Shown in pieces: positions 59,664 to 64,000 of a stretch of DNA of 64,000 nucleotides (position 1 is the stretch's first letter; each line of letters starts with the position of its first letter). The notes below the pieces were generated by a model. That model was given only the letters and a program-made list of their open reading frames with translations, did no database searches and had not been told where the DNA came from. The translations under genes and the position numbers were made by a program. The DNA is from the human T2T-CHM13v2.0 reference genome, Homo sapiens. The DNA lies in assembly GCF_009914755.1 (NCBI RefSeq), contig NC_060928.1. The stretch is one strand, 5' to 3'.

Positions 59664-60039
59664 TGTACTAGTCTTCTTGGGCTGCCGTAACGAAATACTT
59701 TAGAGTGGGTGGCTTAAACAACAGAAGTTTATTTTTTTCCACAGTTCTGGAAGCTGAACGTTTAAAATCAGGATGCTAACATGGTTGGATTCTGGTGAGG
59801 TCTCTCTTTCTAGCTTACAGACTGCCACCCTCTTACAGCGTCCTTACGTGGTGAAGAGAGACAGTGCATGCTCTCTGGTGGCTCTTCTTGTAAGGGCACT
59901 AATCCCATCATGAGGGCCCCATCCTCATGATCTCATGTAAACCTAGTTACCTCCCAAAGGCTCCATTTCTGAGTACCATCACATTGGGGGTTAGGACTTT
60001 GGAATATGAATTGGGGATGACACAATTCAGTCCATAGCA
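59664..60039 (-). mobile_element. MLT1A/MLT1A0 (MaLR) solo LTR
   Basis: TG...CA ends; gggtggcttaaacaacagaa...aagggcactaatcccatcatgaggg...ttcagtccatagca; perfect 5-bp TSD GAAGT at 59659-59663 and 60040-60044. Confidence 0.9.
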
Positions 60040-60944
60040 GAAGTGGTTAAAGGAAAGGACCAACATTGCATTTTTTTTAGTTCAGCATGTGCCCCTAAAA
60101 CTTAATTTATTTTAAAATGTAGTTGGAAAATAGTAATTGGAAAACAGTTTTTTAACCTTTTCTATTGTTGCAATTTTGTTGTCTATATCTTCTCATAGCT
60201 TTATTGAGATATTATCTTTATATTTCTCACAATATCCTAATATGTGCATTGTACATAGTAAGTGGTTAGTATTTGTGTGGTACATTAAACACTTAATAGC
60301 TTGTTTGGTAACTTAAACACTTTCCCACTATACATTCCACTTACATCTTATTGCTGAAATGTACAGAGATAAAGCAATAAAACTTGGTTCTATGAAACAA
60401 TCACATCCTCTTTTGAATATTATGAGAAGTAATTTTCTGCAGATAAATACTCTTGGATTCTGATAACAAAAGCCTATTAACAGATACATATATGAAAAAT
60501 AAATGTGAAGTTTTATTCGTATCTTCTAGTAGTTTTTGTACATGTAAAATTAAGACTTTGAAACTTAAAAGGTAAATGATACTTAAAAGTAAAAACTTAA
60601 GAAGTATTATAGTGGCTTTCATCATATGGTTAACAGTGATCTTTTCGGTACTAGTGGTTTTTGAAGTGGCAGTAATCCTGAGCTTAAAACAGTAGTGGCC
60701 ACACATTCTAATCCTGGCACAGCAAAAAGGAAATGTTGGAATGGCAGCGTATGTAGAATTAGGAAAAACTAAACAAAAGGTAACATTCAAAAATGGAATA
60801 GCATAGGGATTGTATGACTCCTAGAACATTGCAGATTTATTAATATCTAGGGCTTACCAGATCAGTTACAATTTTGATCAAGTGCCTCAAATTGGCATTG
60901 ATGAGGATGATAAAAACTTCATGCTTTACAGAGAAAGAATGGTT

Positions 60945-61065
60945 TGCCTGTTTGTTTATTCATTCATTCAGCATTTATATATTGAGGCTCTCTTGTGTTT
61001 GAGGCACCATGCCAAGCCCTGTGCCAAAGAGACAAATCAGTGATAGTTTTTACCCTCAAGTACTT
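60945..61065 (-). mobile_element. L2 3' end
   Basis: ttattcattcattcagcattta...aggcaccatgccaagc...taccctcaag. Confidence 0.6.
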
Positions 61066-61328
61066 AATTTTTTAATTTACTTTAATATTAAATTGAGTCC
61101 CTCTGACATATAAAGCACTGTCTTGGGGCTGTACTTGCAAACTTCATTAAGAGTGGTCCTTTTCAAAAAAACTCATGTCTCATTTAGGGAAATTCACATA
61201 AACTCGTAATTGCTCGTAGTTTTTAAGTTTAATAAGTTGAGGTTTGGTGCCAGGTCTAAATGGAGGTTAACATCCCAGAGGAACATACGGCTTTCTAAAC
61301 AATTCACCAAGTCTGGAATGTGTTGTCC

Positions 61329-61500
61329 CAGTAGATTACGTTCTTGCTACCCACAGGGTGGTTGGTCTGGGAACCAACAGCAGTGCCACCAGCTGTGAGC
61401 TTACTGGAAATGCACGTTTCACCCCAGACCCACTGAATCTGAATCTACCTTTTAATAAGATCTCCACGTGATTTATATACGTGTTAAAGTTAGAGGAGCT
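61329..61500. mobile_element. MER5A-like
   Basis: gagcttactggaaatgca...ccccagacccactgaatctgaatct...ttttaataagatctccacgtgatt. Confidence 0.75.
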
Positions 61501-62009
61501 TTAATACAAGATTTAACTTGTAGTTATAATTATGTGAGATGAGATTTTATCTGATCTCATAGTTGAGCTGTTGTTTGTTCATATATACTTTTAACAAGCA
61601 TTTATTGAACACAAGGATTTATTGAACAAGTATGATGTACTGTACCGGGAGCTGAAGACCAAAAAAAGGGTAATATTTAGTCATGTTTAATCATTAAATA
61701 AATTCTATAACCCAGTAAAGAAGTAATTCTATTGGTATGGAGAGTAAGGAGACTTTACAGAAGATGTGATACTTGAACTGGACCTTTAAAGACCCACAAG
61801 CATTTGTTTAGTGAGAGATGGAGAAATATCCCAGATCATTTTCTCAGGTTTCATTTAACTATCAGCTTTTGAGTAGGTGAATTAGTAGAGGTGTAGTTTG
61901 TTGAAAATCTTTTACAATTTATTAGGTAAGCTTCCAACTCAAGTTTTGTATATTTTAATGCATTTTGTCAATGGTATGTGAATGTACTATTTCCTGAGGA
62001 AATGTGGGA

Positions 62010-62170
62010 TAACGAACTTTGGAGTTCAGTTTGAGTAATTTTATATTCTGAGCTTCAGTTTGTTCATCTGTAAAGTGGGGATATCAGTCCTGCAGGGTTT
62101 TCATGAAGATTGCAGGAGCAAAAAATCTAGCACTATGAAGTTCAGTACATTTAAATTGTTGTTAATGATT
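62010..62170 (+). mobile_element. MIR fragment
   Basis: tctgagcttcagtttgttcatctgtaaagtgggga. Confidence 0.6.
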
Positions 62171-63554
62171 ATAAGAACAATTTTAGGTTTTTTTTGGTAT
62201 AGTGTCACTAACTTGTATTAGCAAAAGGAAAATATAATGTGAAATATGCTTAAAATAAAAATCTTCCTTTATAATATAAATGAATATAAAACATGAAAAG
62301 ATTAAAAAATGAAAAATAATGAGTCATAACATCTGAAATAATATTTTCTCCTTCTGGAAGAGGCAGACTTGCAAACCTAACATTCTCCTTTGGCTCTAGA
62401 CTTTGCACTTAGTGTTTATAGTCCATCCCAGGAAAGGCCTTCTCTGTCTGTAGTAATGGACCATTTCCGTCTTTCTTAATGAGGCTTTACCTCAATGCCT
62501 TTTAAATATTAGAAAGCAAATTTGTGTGAAGTGGACTCTTCCCCATGTTGTGTATGGGCTTCCCAAGAAGAAATACGTGCATATGTTCTTAGAGAAAATA
62601 TGACTTCTCTTGTTCTTTTTTTTAAAAATTTCACAAATTTGGGACACACATTTTAGTACCATGCTAATAAAGACTGGCTGGTTCTTTCTCATATAAAGAG
62701 AAATTTAAATTGGCTTTCTCTAATCAGTGAGAGAGAAATGTTCCTTATTCAACACTCAGGAACTGGGTTTGTGCGTTCTATAGCTGCAGTCTCACATGAC
62801 TTGAGGTGAAATTTCTTGGTGCCTTTCCATTCCTATAAAATGGTGTTCTGAGAACCACCAGTAGAAGGCAAAATGTAAATGGATGATATTAAACAAACAA
62901 ACAAACAAACAAAAAGGTGGAAATGGTGGAGAGAACCCACTGCTGCGTGGCAGTGTTTGAAATGGATAACAACATAAAGTGGGCTGTGGTATAAAATTTG
63001 AGTCCCACAGTGAAATGTGCTACTCAAGGTAAACAGTTCAGTTTTGTTGTCCTTGGCAGTTCTTGAGAAACTTGTCATGTTAATGTAATTATTGAAATTG
63101 AATTTGGAAATTGTAATGTTGCTCTCGTATTTCACTTAAAAACACTGCTGCTAACGCCCACCTTGAAAGGGATCACATATATCTCATAAGCAGGGCACTG
63201 CTAATATTTTAGTTACCCCATAGGAAGGATAGTGAAATGAAATACTGTAAAAGCACAACCAGTCTGCATTTTCTTTTCCATGCTTTTTTCCAACGAGATG
63301 CATAATGCAAAAATAACCCACTACCCAAGTGCTCTTTACAAATACACAAATGGTACTCATTGTGTGTTGGAGATCACCCTGGGTCTCTGTGACCTTGGCA
63401 ACATTTCAGGGGTTACATTTTCACATAGATCAACTGTTCTTGAATAGTTTCTCCAATATATTGGCACAGACCAGCTTTTCTTAAACAGTAAGCATTTATA
63501 CCTTCTTTCCCCACCTTTTTTCCCTCAACAAACATAGCCATTATGGCCTTTAAA

Positions 63555-63577
63555 AGAGAGAGAGAGAGAGAGAGAGA
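63555..63577. repeat. (GA)n microsatellite
   Basis: About 11 GA units. Confidence 0.9.
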
Positions 63578-64000
63578 AAGCGAGAAATCCCTAATTACCA
63601 TTTACATAGGAGTTTCCATATAGTCTCAGGGCAATGTTGTGATATCTGATCTTGGTCCACATTTTTTCCTTATTTTATTTTAAAGGATTGACTTTTTAAG
63701 GATTTCCTTTTGAGAATACTCTATTTTGCATATTGTTCCCAATAGAACGGTTTAAAAGATATTTGTAAAACTAGGCATTTATTTTCCCTGAGATATCTTT
63801 TGATCATTTTTCTAAAAGGGAATTGTTGATTTGATTTTTTGTTAGTTTGGAATTATTTGAGGAAAGTAAACTTGTTGTATTTCTTCAGACTTGGTTTTCT
63901 TGGGCGCTGAATACTGAGAGAAGCAGCTCTGTATGCTAGTTTGTTTTTTTTTTCTTTCACATCTTAACATACTTCTTTAAATGGCTGTATAAATAACATA

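Overview
Human (primate) genomic DNA: AT-rich and dense in repeats, with no intact protein-coding exon. One 70-nt spliced exon (44947-45016, + strand) matches my recollection of the non-coding 5'UTR exon 2 of BMPR1B (chr4q22). On that basis the window is BMPR1B intron 1 / exon 2 / intron 2; the gene identity is from memory and should be confirmed by BLAT. The largest feature is a full-length, retrotransposition-dead L1PA2/L1PA3 (4881-10900) lying antisense to the gene. It has an intact 5'UTR, an open ORF0 with both splice donors, and the antisense AATAAA. Other content: a sense-oriented MLT2A1 (HERV-L) solo LTR, about 20 Alus (nested, chimeric and closely inverted cases), old L1M/L2/MIR fragments, MaLR and ERV1 LTRs, DNA transposons (Tigger3b, MER1A, Charlie4a, MER2, MER5A) and microsatellites. 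Nearly all ORF-track entries are repeat-derived or chance ORFs. I cannot demonstrate a new biological system. The best leads are two transposon-derived candidate alternative promoters upstream of all BMPR1B coding exons, two tiny uORFs in exon 2, a young 155-bp tandem duplication, and an old ~110-bp duplication bracketing exon 2. Repeat subfamily names and boundaries of old elements were judged by eye and are approximate.
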